Assembly (NCBI GenBank): GCA_030704615.1
Contig: CM060731.1
Location: 38,068,001 to 38,132,000, forward strand
Origin: Takakia lepidozioides
Lineage: Eukaryota > Plantae > Bryophyta
Length of the DNA: 64,000 nt
Direction: 5' to 3'
Shown here: piece after piece, positions 24,775 through 36,539 of the stretch
Numbering within the stretch: position 1 is the stretch's first letter
Layout of the letters: the number at the start of each line of letters is the position of its first letter
Position numbers and translations under genes: made by a program
Notes under the pieces: generated by a model
What the model saw: the letters and a program-made list of their open reading frames with translations, nothing else
What the model was told of the DNA's origin: nothing
Database searches by the model: none

Positions 24775-25441
24775 GAATAGGATGTGTGATATATGCATAG
24801 AGGAGATGAGAACATAGCATGGTGTGGCGGTTGGGTGAACCGGAGGAGTAATCCGGTACTGTGCTGTCAGGAATAGATAAGGTAGAGATGAGCGGTAGGG
24901 TTTCTTGCTGACTGAAATCAGAACGTGATGCCTTCTCTACCTAAAGTGTACAAGCTGTGAATAGAGTTCTAGTCAGGTTTATACTAAGCTTGAACTGACT
25001 AGAATCCCTATGATAGTGAACAGAGGAGTGCGTTGATTTTTCCCCGTTGAATATAATCAAGGGGACCGCTCCTTCTTTTGAGCTTTTGGAATGAGATCAA
25101 CTGCATGTGGCTTCATGTTATAGAATTGAGAACTAGTTGGATGGAAGTGGTGCTATTGTTGAGAACTGGGCAGAATGTGTAGAAGTACTCCTTTGCTCAC
25201 TATCATAGGGATTCTAGTCAGTTCAAGCTTAGTATAAACCTGACTAGAACTCTATTCATAGCTTGTACACTTTAGGTAGAGAAGGCATCACGTTCTGATT
25301 TCAGTCAGCAAGAAACCCTACTGCTCATCTCTACCTTATCTATTCATGACAGCACAGTACCGGATTACTCCTCCGGTCCACCCAACCGCCACACCATGCT
25401 ATGTTCTCATCTCCTCTATGCATATATCACACATCCTATTC
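24775..25441. repeat. Near-perfect hairpin: 255-bp arms (24775-25029 / 25187-25441), 157-bp loop
   Basis: Direct reverse-complement comparison shows about 6 mismatches and no indels by eye. Confidence 0.95.
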
Positions 25442-25601
25442 TGTAAATATACAAAAATTTACAATTTTTAAAAAGTACCCTATGTATATTCTCATTTTCC
25501 ATCATTAAAAATAACCCTCCAATATGTATATGTATGTTTTTATATTATATCGAATTTATTCATTTAAAACATAATAAAATCTAACAAATTAATTAAAAAA
25601 A

Positions 25602-28600
25602 TTATTTGCCTTTGATAAAGTTGTCAAAGACTTTTCGGTCATTTGCATCAAGTACATATATGTTTGACTTGACATTGTACTTTAAACATGCTAACGTGAT
25701 AATGGAATCCAAATCAACCATCATGTTATCCGTCAAATCGTACGTATAGACCCCTCCTCGAGTTTTTTGGTACCATGCTAACCCAATCTCCATATGAGAA
25801 GGATGCTCCAATAAATCAACAGAATCCCTACATTCTACAAACCGCTTATTGATTTTCTTCCGCATTCTTTGAACCCTGCCCAAATACCAAGTGCCTTTGG
25901 TTGCTCCTCTGCAGGTTTTCCCTGGTCTGCCTTTCCTGTTTGTAGTTTGGATCGCAGTCTCCTCATCAACAAAAAATACAGCACAATCCGAACCCAATCC
26001 CAAGCTCGTGGCTTTGTTGCTGGTAGTTGGTTTGTTTTCTCGGCAAAACAACATCGATGCACTTCTTACTCGTGTCAATCTATCCTTGGATAGAGTAGGG
26101 TTGCCATTGAGTTGGTTAACCAAAGTGCTTTTGAATATGGTCTTTCCGTCTACTTTGACAAATGGAACCACCACCTTCGATCCATCTTTCTCTTGTTCAA
26201 ACTCATCAATGACAGCATCCAGAGTATGTCTCAATTCACTTTGAATAAGTACATCTTCCGCATGATCATCCAAAGGTTGGCTCAAAACATCCTCCATTGA
26301 ATTCGAAGGCCCGCACACCAATTCATCTTCCACGACCTCATTTTGAATATGTGTGTCTGCATTAAGAGGACAAATATAATCTATGGCATCGACATCATCA
26401 CCCTCCTCTTCCATGCTTTTGAATAGCTCGGCCTCCATTTGTCTCTCAATTGTCCATGGCTCATTCCACCAATCCAAGTTTGTCGCTTTGTTTGGTTTCA
26501 TCCCAAGTTTATGGCATAAAAGTTGCGCTTCTAGAAATCCAGTTTTCAAAGCCTCCACAATGCAATCATCCGATTGGACAGTAGAAAAGTCGGACAAATC
26601 AGCAAGGGGGATACCTGGCTTCTTCTCCAAAGAAAACCAAATGTGTTCTTGTTTCTTGTGAGCTCTTGAGAACTTGGGTCCTTTTGGATTCACCTCGAAC
26701 TCGGATATGCGTGTTAATGCTCCCGCACTCTCAATCAAATCACACCCGTCATATGTCCTCTCATTCCGTAACATACCTCCCACTTTGCTGAAGAATATTT
26801 CACACACATCTGAACCAACAAGGCTCAAAGGAACTTGCACATGATTAAACTTATCCTTGAACAATTTGATAAGTAGAACCACGTAGTGGCATGAAATTTG
26901 TAAATCCAAGTATGCTTCCCTGCTAATGAAGAAGGATTTCAGATTATACACCTCGTGGTGGAATAACCACAACTTCCACAATCTGAAAAAAAACGATACC
27001 TTCGCAGCAGATTGCACCCTCTCACACAATGACATGTGAGGAGACAAAAAAATGTCGATGTAGCATGAAATGATGTATAGGTAAAATTCAGTACATTTGG
27101 TCCTCTCCCTTCGATGATTCACAGTTGATTGTAACTCCCTCAAACAAGCTTGCACCTTCCGAGATGCCAGTCGTTGAGCTGCTGCCCAATTCTGTCGATC
27201 TTCTCTTTTGATATCACATTCCCGAAGTCCATGCTTGTCCACTGAAAATGAATGGTAGACCAATAACACATGATTCAATGTAGCAACCTCATCACCCAAC
27301 ACCAAAGTCCGTGATGCACTGTCCAAGGGATTTACCAATTTTTTCCCATTGTGGATGAAGTCCTGATCATGGAGTCCGTTGCACACTGGACCTGTAAACA
27401 ACCATCCTTCCCAAGGGATGCAAAATCTACTTCCAGCCCCATTGGCATAATCTTCTAACATCACTTTTCTCCTCCTACTATCTCCGTCTGAAGCATGCCC
27501 AATTATAGGCCCAACCACGTCCCTCACATATTTGTCCCACAACTGTCTCACCACTTCCCATTGTGATCTCACAAAATTGTTGTCAAATCTATTGCAAGTG
27601 AGCTGGATTACCAATACCAATCGAGGTAATTGTACATGTAGAGGATTTGCTATCAACACTCTGGCGTAATGGGCAACCACATTGTTTTTGAATGCCTCCA
27701 CAATATGTTCGTACCCTGATTCCCCTTCTCCCACTTGCACCACAAAATTTGAAATACATACATGGTTGTCTTGAAGCCCACAGAACCCGAGAAGGGTGTC
27801 ATCCCTAGCAATCCAACGTACCAATCGCTTCACAACAGTTTCATCTTCGGCCACCATCACTGGGATGCTTCCCATTGGAATATTTGCATCTTCCATCACA
27901 TCTCTGTAAATTCCAGCCACATGCTGAAATATATCATCCATTTCTCCCGCTCTATACTTCAAACCTTTCCTCAAAGACCGTCTTGTAGTATCAATAGAAG
28001 GACCCCCCACATTTGAAGCCAAAAAATGATGCAATCTCGAACCCCCCCAAAGCTGCACAGTCTCAAACATTGTTTTTGTGCTAGTACCATACCTCTTCCC
28101 TTGTGGAGACCTGTCAATATTCTTGCCCATATCAACAATAAAATCCCACAAACTTTCTTTTCCTTCAAAATCCCCCTCCTATGTGCATCAACAATATCAC
28201 GACAAAATTTGAGAACATCTCCTCTTTCAATTGCCTCAATCCCAGACTCCTTCAAACTCCTACATCGCACAGACAAGGATGCCACTTTGGTCCTGGCCTC
28301 CCACAATTTGAACCTCAACTGCCTCAACTCCTGTCTGTTTTTGTAAACTTGTTTGACAATCTCGACATTTCCAAGATATGACAACCTTCTTCCCTTGCCA
28401 GTATCTCTCTCCCCTCTATATTCCATGGCACCTCTCTCTCTATATACCCTCATTCTGAAGTCATTTTCCAAGGGAATGGAAGAACATGCTGAACACCTCA
28501 AGTTTGGAAATGGCTCCCCATCCAATGACACTCTAAAACAATCCGCGTGCCGAAACGTACCAACAACCTTATGCTCTTGATTGTTTAGAGTGATGGTTGC

Positions 28601-29995
28601 ATGTGTCAACGGCTCGACATACCACTTCTTTCCTCCCTTGCTATCTTGAAGGAATGGTTTCAGACTTATTCTCTTGTGGTTGTACTCCCACCATTCATCC
28701 CATAGGCCCCAACACAAACTGTTCTTCCTTTGTTGCATTGGGACCTTCGCTGTAATTGTCAATCCTCAATCAGATCTGCCGTTGGGCAGCGTCAACACAA
28801 GTGTATGGAGTTTGTGACGAGGATGCTCCCATTGTTGATGCCACAATTGGATTGTCAAGTGGTGGGGACGGCAACACAGGTTGACTGACCAAGAAAGAGC
28901 TTAGATCCCGTTGCTTTACATCTTTGGCAATCATAGGCTTTGGAGGCCTTCCTCTCTTTTTGCACAGTCCTTCACTACTTCCAACCTTCTGGCAAATCTC
29001 TGCATCGACATGAGTTTTTCCCTTCACATGCTCTGTCAAAGAAGATTGCAAAGAACCTGTCCTTGGAAACAAGAGTAGCCACTTCGAATCAAGTGCGCAC
29101 TTAATCCTTATGGAACCCAACTGCGAATAGTCTCCAATTGTGGCTTCCACAATCTCAAATCTGTTTCCAGGATTGTCCTCACAAAACCGAGCGACTTCCT
29201 CTAATGCCTCCTTCACCCTGTTCTTCTTTGCATCTAATGCTTCATCTGCATTTACAGGGCTGATGACACATTGTGATGAACCCTTCCCATGACGCCTCTC
29301 ATAGGCTATGCGATGCCCCTCACTCCTCAAATGAGATCTCATAAAGTTTGCACATGCATCATATGGTTTGTTTTTCCCAGACCGTGCATAAACATCCTCA
29401 CACTCAACACACCATATGTGGAACATTGTTTGTCCTTGTTGATCCTTTGTCATGAGCTCAAACTTGTCACATCGTCCTTCTGCAGAGATTTTCCTTTCAA
29501 CGGCTCTAATCTCTTTCTGCCATTTTTGAATATCGCTGGATGTAGCCAATGTGCTGCACAATCTACCATATCTCTGTTGAAGTGCATGCTCATGTGCATG
29601 GTCTTCATTTCCACCATCGCCAGCAAAGGGTGTATCAGGGTCCATCCTCATCTTTTTAGACACTGGTGCCGGGTCCTCGCCTGGTCTGTCCTCATGCAAG
29701 ATCGTAGAACCACTGGAAGATAGAGGTCTTTTCAATCCTTGGTCCCCATCATTTTGGTCTGAAATCTTAATGTGTACAGTATCCCCTTTCAGAACCATCC
29801 TCTCTTCCTGCTTGGCTGAAAGGACACTACCCCCCATGGAAAGGAAATGAAATTTTCCTGAGACAAGCTCATCACTAGAATTTCTGCTCGGATGCATTTG
29901 TATGTGACACCTTGCATAGTGAACACAGAACCAAGCCTGTTTGGTGATGCATCTCCTCCAACGAGCAGGACTTTTACTTCCAACTCTTCTTCCAT
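25602..29995 (-). mobile_element. P-element/THAP9/Galileo-superfamily DDE transposase gene, mildly decayed (~1,460 codons in 4 ORF pieces; catalytic 849-aa part uninterrupted)
   Basis: Motifs in P-type order: AEDETVVK (D1), GHASDGD (D2), QDFIHNGKKLVNPL (DxxH), EDRQNWAAAQRL and GSDVCEIFFSKV (E). Upstream pieces are joined by apparent frameshifts at ~28150, ~28770 and ~29875. ATG at 29995 is preceded by a TTTTGCAG acceptor. Confidence 0.75.
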
Positions 29996-30439
29996 GATGA
30001 GTTCACCTGCAAAATGCAATGAAAACATTTCAAATCAGACCTTGATAGACCAATAACAAAGCACCCGGGTTGGAAGGTTCCAAAGTCCTGTTTTATACAG
30101 CCCTATAGGCTGTCCAAGCAGGGACTACGTTGATAAGAGGATGAAATGTGTACAGAAGCAAGTACCTGATTGATGAGTTTGATGCTGCTAATTCTTGCTG
30201 CTGCTATTGACCAAGTGCTGCTACTTCCACTGCTGGTAGCCCTCTTGGGTGATCCTGAACCCACAGTCCATCCTTGCATCAGCGGCTAGCCCTCCCTCCA
30301 CACTAACATATTTAAATACAAAGTTATGTCAAACTCCCTACGATGTTGCATGAAGAAAGCTCACCTTGTTGACAATATTGTCCCACCGCTGTGGATCATA
30401 TTTATAGAACTCCTGCCAGCGCTGTTCCTTGCTCCAAAT

Positions 30440-31170
30440 CTGGCCCTCTTGGATGATTTTGCACCCACGATCCTCTCCCTGCATCAACAGCTACCCCTCC
30501 CTCCACACTAACAATGCGTACATCATGCCTCTGCAGCTGCTACAGTGGCTTCCAGTTGACCATCTACCCATGCAGGTTTCTTGTAGCTATCCTTCCACAT
30601 GGAATCATAGGTAATCTGGAGCTTGGAATCCGGCCATCTGGAAATTTAGGGACGACTCTGATAACAGGGAAAAACAGGCTGAAATGTGTTGAAGAAGGTA
30701 CCTTCATTAGCAGTCCCTTGTTCTATCAATTGCGCTGCTGCCGCCGCTATTTCCAGTTGACCATCTCCTACATTGTCCCACCACTGACTGGGGTCAGAAA
30801 AGTATTCATTCCTTGAAAGCTTCTCTCCATCTCTGTTATCTTTTTTTAGGTACTGTCATGCTGCCACCTCGGCAGTAACTTGCAAAGTCACTCCAAAGCA
30901 CCGCAGATCCACCCAACGAGCTAACTTACAGAATTCAATACATATGCTTCAGGGCTGAGTCTGATGAGAGGGAAAAACAGGCTGAAACAGGTCAAACCAG
31001 AAGGTGCCCTCAGGCTGAAATGTGTTGAAGAAGGTACCTTCATCAGCAGTGCCTTGCTCTATCAATTGCGCTGCTGCCGCTGCTGTTTCCAGTTGACCAT
31101 CCACCCACATTGTCCCACCATTGACTGGGGTCAGAAAAGTGTCTCATTCCAAAGCTTCTCTTCATCTCTG
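30440..31170 (-). repeat. Repeat family R copies, inverted relative to 22110-23200
   Basis: CTGATAACAGGGAAAAACAGGCTGAAATGTGTTGAAGAAGGTACCTTCATTAGC and TTGTCCCACCA.TGACTGGGGTCAGAAAAGT each occur twice. They match 33655-33770 directly. Confidence 0.8.
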
Positions 31171-33051
31171 TGGTGCTATTGCAGGGTGACTTCAATGCCC
31201 AAGTGGGCAAAGGGCTCCATCAGGACGATATCATTGGGTCTTCTGGTGAGGACGAGCTGAATTCTAATGGCAGACGGTTAATTAACTGTCTGGAAGAGCT
31301 TCAGCTTTTGACCTTGAATAACAAGACAAGAGGTGACCAAGTGCAGTGGACTCGTGAGAAATCCCAAACTGGGGAACGTTCCATTGTGGACTATATCATA
31401 ATGGACAAAAATTTGTTCCCCCAGTGTGCCAATGTGTTGATCGACAGAACTGATATTGGTACCTCTGACCACTTCCTGGTTTGGACTGAGATCAAAAGGT
31501 GTTTTCCCAACACCAGAGTAGAAGAGATTCTCAAGGACCTGGACCTGGATCCGCAAGTCTTGACCCTGCTGGATAAATCCGACTTAGAGGCTGTAGTGTC
31601 CAAAGCCATGTCTGTTGCCATGAGATTGTCTGATGAAAATGAAGTTAGGCAGAAAACTTCCCTGAACTTGTTTCTAGTCAGTGACATGGGGGAGGACATC
31701 TTGGATGACCTCAAGGGTCCACCCACTCTCGGCACTAGACTGAAATTTAAACTCAGGGAAGGAAGCCTACCTTTGAACAGCAAACAGAAGCAGAGAGGAA
31801 AGGGGGAGTGCACTTCCCATTGTGTGGGCAATCTGAAGACAATATTCATTTTCTGATACACTGTCCGGGGTTCTCTCACCAAAGAGACGCTCTCTTCAAA
31901 TCTATCAAGGGAATTGTGCATGAATTGTCCTCCAATTGTAATTGGGATGCACATATCCAGAAAGTTGTTCAAACTGGCAAGGGCAAAGCTCTGGGGCTCA
32001 CTAAATTTTTCCACTGCAGAGGGGTCAACTCTGAGGTTAAGAAAACCATGCTTTCTCGCGTTATTAGACCTGCCTTGGAGTACGGATCTGCTATATGGGT
32101 TGATAACTCCAACCAGGCTAAGTCTCTAGAATCCATTCAAGTGGGGGTGCTTAAGGAGTGTATGTCAGCATGCTCCAAAACAAATGTGGCTGTTCGGGGT
32201 GAGTTTGGCATTCCATCCTTAAGCTCCCGACGAGATGAATTCAAGGTCAGATGGTGGGGTCAGCTGCAACATATGCCCAACACCAGATATCCTAAGTTAA
32301 TCGACTCTATATCTTGGAAACAGGACCGCCCTGTCAAACAGGCGAAGCCCTGGCAAAAGAGAGTAGAAAAGATTCTCAAGGACCTGGACCTGGATCCGCA
32401 AGTCTTGACCCTGCTGGATAAATCTGACTTAGAGGCTGTAGTGTCTGAAACCATGTCTGTTGCCATGAGATTGTCTGATGAAAATGAAGTTAGGCAGAGA
32501 ACTTCCCTGAACTTGTTCCAGTCAGTGACATGGGGGTGGACATCTTGGATGACCTCAAGGGTCTACCCACTCTCGGCACTAGACTGAAATTTAAACTCAG
32601 GGCAGGAAGCCTACCTTTGAACAACAAACAGAAGCAGAGAGGAAAGGGAGAGTGCAATTGTCCGTTGTGTGGGCAACCTGAAGACAATATTCATTTTCTG
32701 ATACACTGTCCGGGGTTCTCTCACCAAAGAGACGCTCTCTTCAATTCTATCAAGGGAATTGTGCCTGTACCCATGTTTACCAACTTTGAAAGTCTTGAGG
32801 CTGAGCCAAAAGCCCAGGCCCTCCTGAGGCCTAGTTTTTGGGCAAATCACACACAGCAGATTGATGCTTGTGTGAAGGGATTTCTAGAGGATATCTGGAA
32901 AACCCGGATTAATTCTATATATGAAGGTAAGTCTTACTACCAACGTCAGCCCCTGACAGAGGTAGGTTTTGTCCCTTTTGTTCCCGCTCAAACTGGGCGC
33001 GGGGTCAAAGTCCACAAGGCTACGGCAAACAACGTCTTATGAGTACAATCT
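31170..33051 (+). mobile_element. Rearranged copy of LINE family B (endonuclease fragment, duplicated C-terminus, RT core deleted)
   Basis: APE motifs GDFNA, IVDYI and SDHFLV (31170-31500). 31513-31918 matches 60123-60528, then 31928-33051 matches 59689-60814. Confidence 0.9.
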
Positions 33052-33054
33052 AAC

Positions 33055-36000
33055 TAGCTTCCCACTGGAAACCATCCTCCCTCTGCCCACATATCATTGA
33101 AGTACATCTCCAAAGGTAAGGATTGCAAAGGTAAGGATCTGAGATTGGATCAAACATAGGTCTGAAGGAAAACCGAACTGTTTATGTCTTTTCCTTCTCT
33201 CCTTTGCATGCTAAAGGAAGCCAACATATTTATACGTTTTAATCCAAGGAGTGGCCCCACCTTTGCCCTGGTTGGTGACAGTGATGCACTTAAGCAAGAG
33301 ACAAACATACATATCTGAATCTGCTAAAATGCCTCATTGGTTTAGAATCTGTAGAGCCTCTGTCAGGCTGTCTGCCGCACAAAGTATCTTCACATGCCCA
33401 GAAATGTCAGAAGAGGCATTGTGGACTCCCTCTCTTGATCCTCTTTCAGAAGCTGTGGTCATGGTTGAGGTGCCTGATTTTATCATCTGTGCCGCTGCAA
33501 TAGCTCCTTTAGTTTACCATCTACCCATGTAGGTTTCTTGTAGCTACTGACCCACATGGAATCAAGGTAATCTGGAGCTTGAAGTCCAACCCTCGTGGAT
33601 GAATCTGGACCCACACTCTATCCTTGCTCCTTGTGAGGGCAAAAACATGGAAAAACTCTGATAACAGGGAAAAACAGGCTGAAATGTGTTGAAGAATGTA
33701 CCTTCATTAGCATCGCCTTGTTCTATCAATTGCACTGCTGCCGCTGATGTTTCCAGTTGACCATCTACCCGCACGATTGCTTGTAGCTATTGATCCACAG
33801 GGAAGCAGAAAGAAACTTGTGTTTGAAATCCGGCCCTCTTGGATGAATCTGGACCTCTATCCCTGGTCCTCAGCTATCCCTGCCTCTGGACAAATCATGA
33901 ATACATCCTCAGCCTTGCTACTAGCAGCTGACACTGGTGGCATGAAGTTCTTCCAGCAAACACCCTAAACCCTAATGATGAGAGGGCAAACCAGACTGAA
34001 ATAGGTTGAAGAAGAAGGTACAGGGAGCACAAAATCACTCCAAAACCACCATAGATCCACCAACGAGCTAACTTGCAGAATTCAACATGAAAAAATAGGG
34101 ACGACTCTACTACTTCCAACAACTATCCCCGCATGGCAGTGGGGCAAGGCCACATCAAATTCATTCTTTCTATTATGGGTGCTGAACACAACACACTTCT
34201 CTTCAAATGTACTCCTCAGAGCCTCAACATGCCTGCATGCTGACACTGGTGCATATCAATGATTCCATGGTTCCTCCTTCACACAACACAAAGTAGGAAT
34301 GCTTCTGATTGAGGAGCTTGCGACTTTGATTTCCTCTACAGGAGACGGACAAAGAACAACAAAGGGCATCAAACAACAACAAAAAATTGTGACTCTCTGC
34401 CAATCACCTTTGAATTAGTGAGAGGAGCCTATGTCCTTCACTTGCCAGACACTGCACCACAAGAGGTTTTCCAAAGAGCTCTTTAAACCTGCGCAGTTCT
34501 CCCATCACCTGCACACAGCTGTCAGCACAACAAAACACATACCATTTAAAAAGATGTGGTTGTGCAAGGATACACCGACCTCTTTATCTTCTTACTAGCC
34601 TTCATTTACCAAGGTTCCCCAACAGAGGGAAACTTTGCATATAAAGTCAGTGCAATTGGGACATTCCTGAAAGCTAAAGAGAAATTTGCAAACACCAGAT
34701 GGTCTAAGGAACGCATTATAACCAGAAGAAAAGAAGTTTGCCACCTGATGAGGCCGAGCCATAGCTGAAACAAAGTTGTTTGCATTTTCTCTGACAGATG
34801 TTGCAAAGGAAGGTAGGAGAGAAGAGCAAAAGAGTTCCCGCAGTTTTAAGGCTATCTTCCCCTCTATTGGAAGCATCTTTTCCTCATACTCCACCAAAGC
34901 AGCCTACATCAGACATACAACATGAATCTATCTGTAAATATTGGGCGTCCTAGAATGCTGCTCTGATGCCAAACCAAAATTATCGAACCCTTTGCATGCA
35001 TCTTTCAGCACATGTATCTGCTTTTAGGGTTTCACCTATACCTCGTTGAGAAAGCAGATAAAGATCTACATATTTTGTTAAATCGACTAGAATGAGAAAG
35101 TCTTTTCAGTCAATACCACTTGTTACCACTGAAACAAGACTATGAGCCCTTAGAGTGAACAGGTGGGAGAAAGCAACCTTCCACAGACTCTCAGCAGTCG
35201 ACGTGCATTCAAAAGGTCTCACAGTAGAGAAAGGTTGGAACACACGCTCAGCCAGTGAGCGCATCTCATTTGCAGAGACCAGCATCAGCAGCCTTTCATG
35301 TACCTGCACTAACATTGTTCGTAACAGATTGTTCATTTTGATTTTCCACCCTTTGTAGCAACAAGGCTCAAGCACTGAAGGAAGGACATGCTACGTAAGC
35401 CACTGCAATCTAACTAAGATGAGGGCATGTCAGATGTCACCATGTACTCTTCTGATGCAAAACCTAGCTCTAGTCAGCAAGAACAGGTCTGCATGAATGA
35501 GTTCTCATCTATTGTGTGCATAATGATATCTGACTGAACAGAGAGTCAACCCCGACTTCGGTTTACTCCTAGATGCTAGTGTAACACAGTACTAACCTCT
35601 CGTATTTTGAGGATGTCATCAAGTCGAGTATGAAACATCAACAACATGTCATCCTTGAAGGGCTTCCCTACCCAAGTATGAAGCTCAAACATGGGCCAGG
35701 TCAACTATGTCAAGTGCAGCGTAGCATGCTCCCACTTCTCAAGCAGCCTTAAGCCTTGTGTAAGTGCTACCTCTACCTGAAGACTCTTCAAAGAACAGAA
35801 TTCAGTATCCCTATGAACATTATAATCTCTCTCTCTCGGCCTGCTAAGACCATGCTGACACGGAAGGGGTGCGGGGGAGGAGGGAAAAGAGAGCCCGCGG
35901 GAGACAGATCGCGGGGAGAAAAGAAAAAAAATAAAAGCAAAACAAAATTGCATCGCGATTTGATCGCGCGGTGCGTCACGACACATTCTACACCCTTACC

Positions 36001-36159
36001 ACTAGACTACTCCTAAAATTCTATAACCCCCTCCTGTAAGATTATATTTAAGGTGATATAAACCCCCCTCTATATGTATAATGTTGTACATGGAGGGGTT
36101 TAAAATACCCCCTCCTGTGCACGCACGTGGCTGGTACATATTGGCTGGAGTGCACCCCC
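33055..36159 (-). repeat. Right inverted arm (~3.1 kb)
   Basis: Reverse complement of 14592-17682. Confidence 0.95.
34408..35776 (-). pseudogene. DYNC2H1: Second captured dynein-2 heavy-chain fragment (right arm)
   Basis: Mirror of 14975-16331. It retains the two CGA (Arg) codons that are TGA in the left arm, but has its own CAG>TAG at 35705. Confidence 0.8.
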
Positions 36160-36460
36160 CAGGGTCTCCTCCTAGATGCATTTTGTTTGTAAGATGGAGA
36201 TTTGGTCCCGAAGCGTTTGAACATCAGCACTCCTTGTGGAATAGTGACGCAAATGAGAGGCTTGTTGAGAGACCGGGGCAGGAAGAAGAAGCAGAGGGGA
36301 ATTAGGTCAACGTGAGGAGACGGGTAGTCTACCTCGTCGGCAGCCGTCCTTTGGCGTTTGGATGTCATGGTGTGGCGGAGGTGGCGCTAGAGCGCCAACG
36401 CCTGTGAGCGCAGCGCCGACGCGCGAGCGCAAACATGCTGCCGCACACGTGAGAGAGAGA

Positions 36461-36535
<75 letters not shown>
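36160..36535 (-). mobile_element. 5' end (ORF1 start and (TC)n leader) of a second LINE family A copy, truncated at the arm terminus
   Basis: Matches 41223-41552; both encode MTSKRQRTAADEVDY and are preceded by a long (GA)n/(TC)n. Confidence 0.9.
36451..36535. repeat. (GA)n microsatellite
   Basis: Directly visible. Confidence 0.95.

Positions 36536-36539
<4 letters not shown>

Larger units (their letters stand above)
14592..36159. mobile_element. Putative 21.6-kb foldback/giant TIR DNA element with ~3.1-kb inverted arms
   Basis: 14592-17682 is the reverse complement of 33055-36159. Both outer ends are GGGGGTGCACTCCAGCCAAT and cut unrelated retroelements at the same nucleotide. No TSD is present, so the single-element reading is an inference. 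Confidence 0.55.

Noticed and set aside
24775-25441. Hairpin as a MITE or miRNA precursor
   Set aside because: No TSD or recognisable TIR signature. A long near-perfect stem in LTR context fits an inverted duplication better.
28140-28165. Programmed frameshift between transposase ORFs
   Set aside because: A 1-bp loss in a T run (GTT TTG TGG to GTT TG TGG) explains it, and other lesions exist in the same gene.
25442-30440. Short CA-starting P-type TIRs around the transposase
   Set aside because: None found by eye. The small CAGCC-CTATA-GGCTG palindrome at 30098-30112 is too short to be meaningful.
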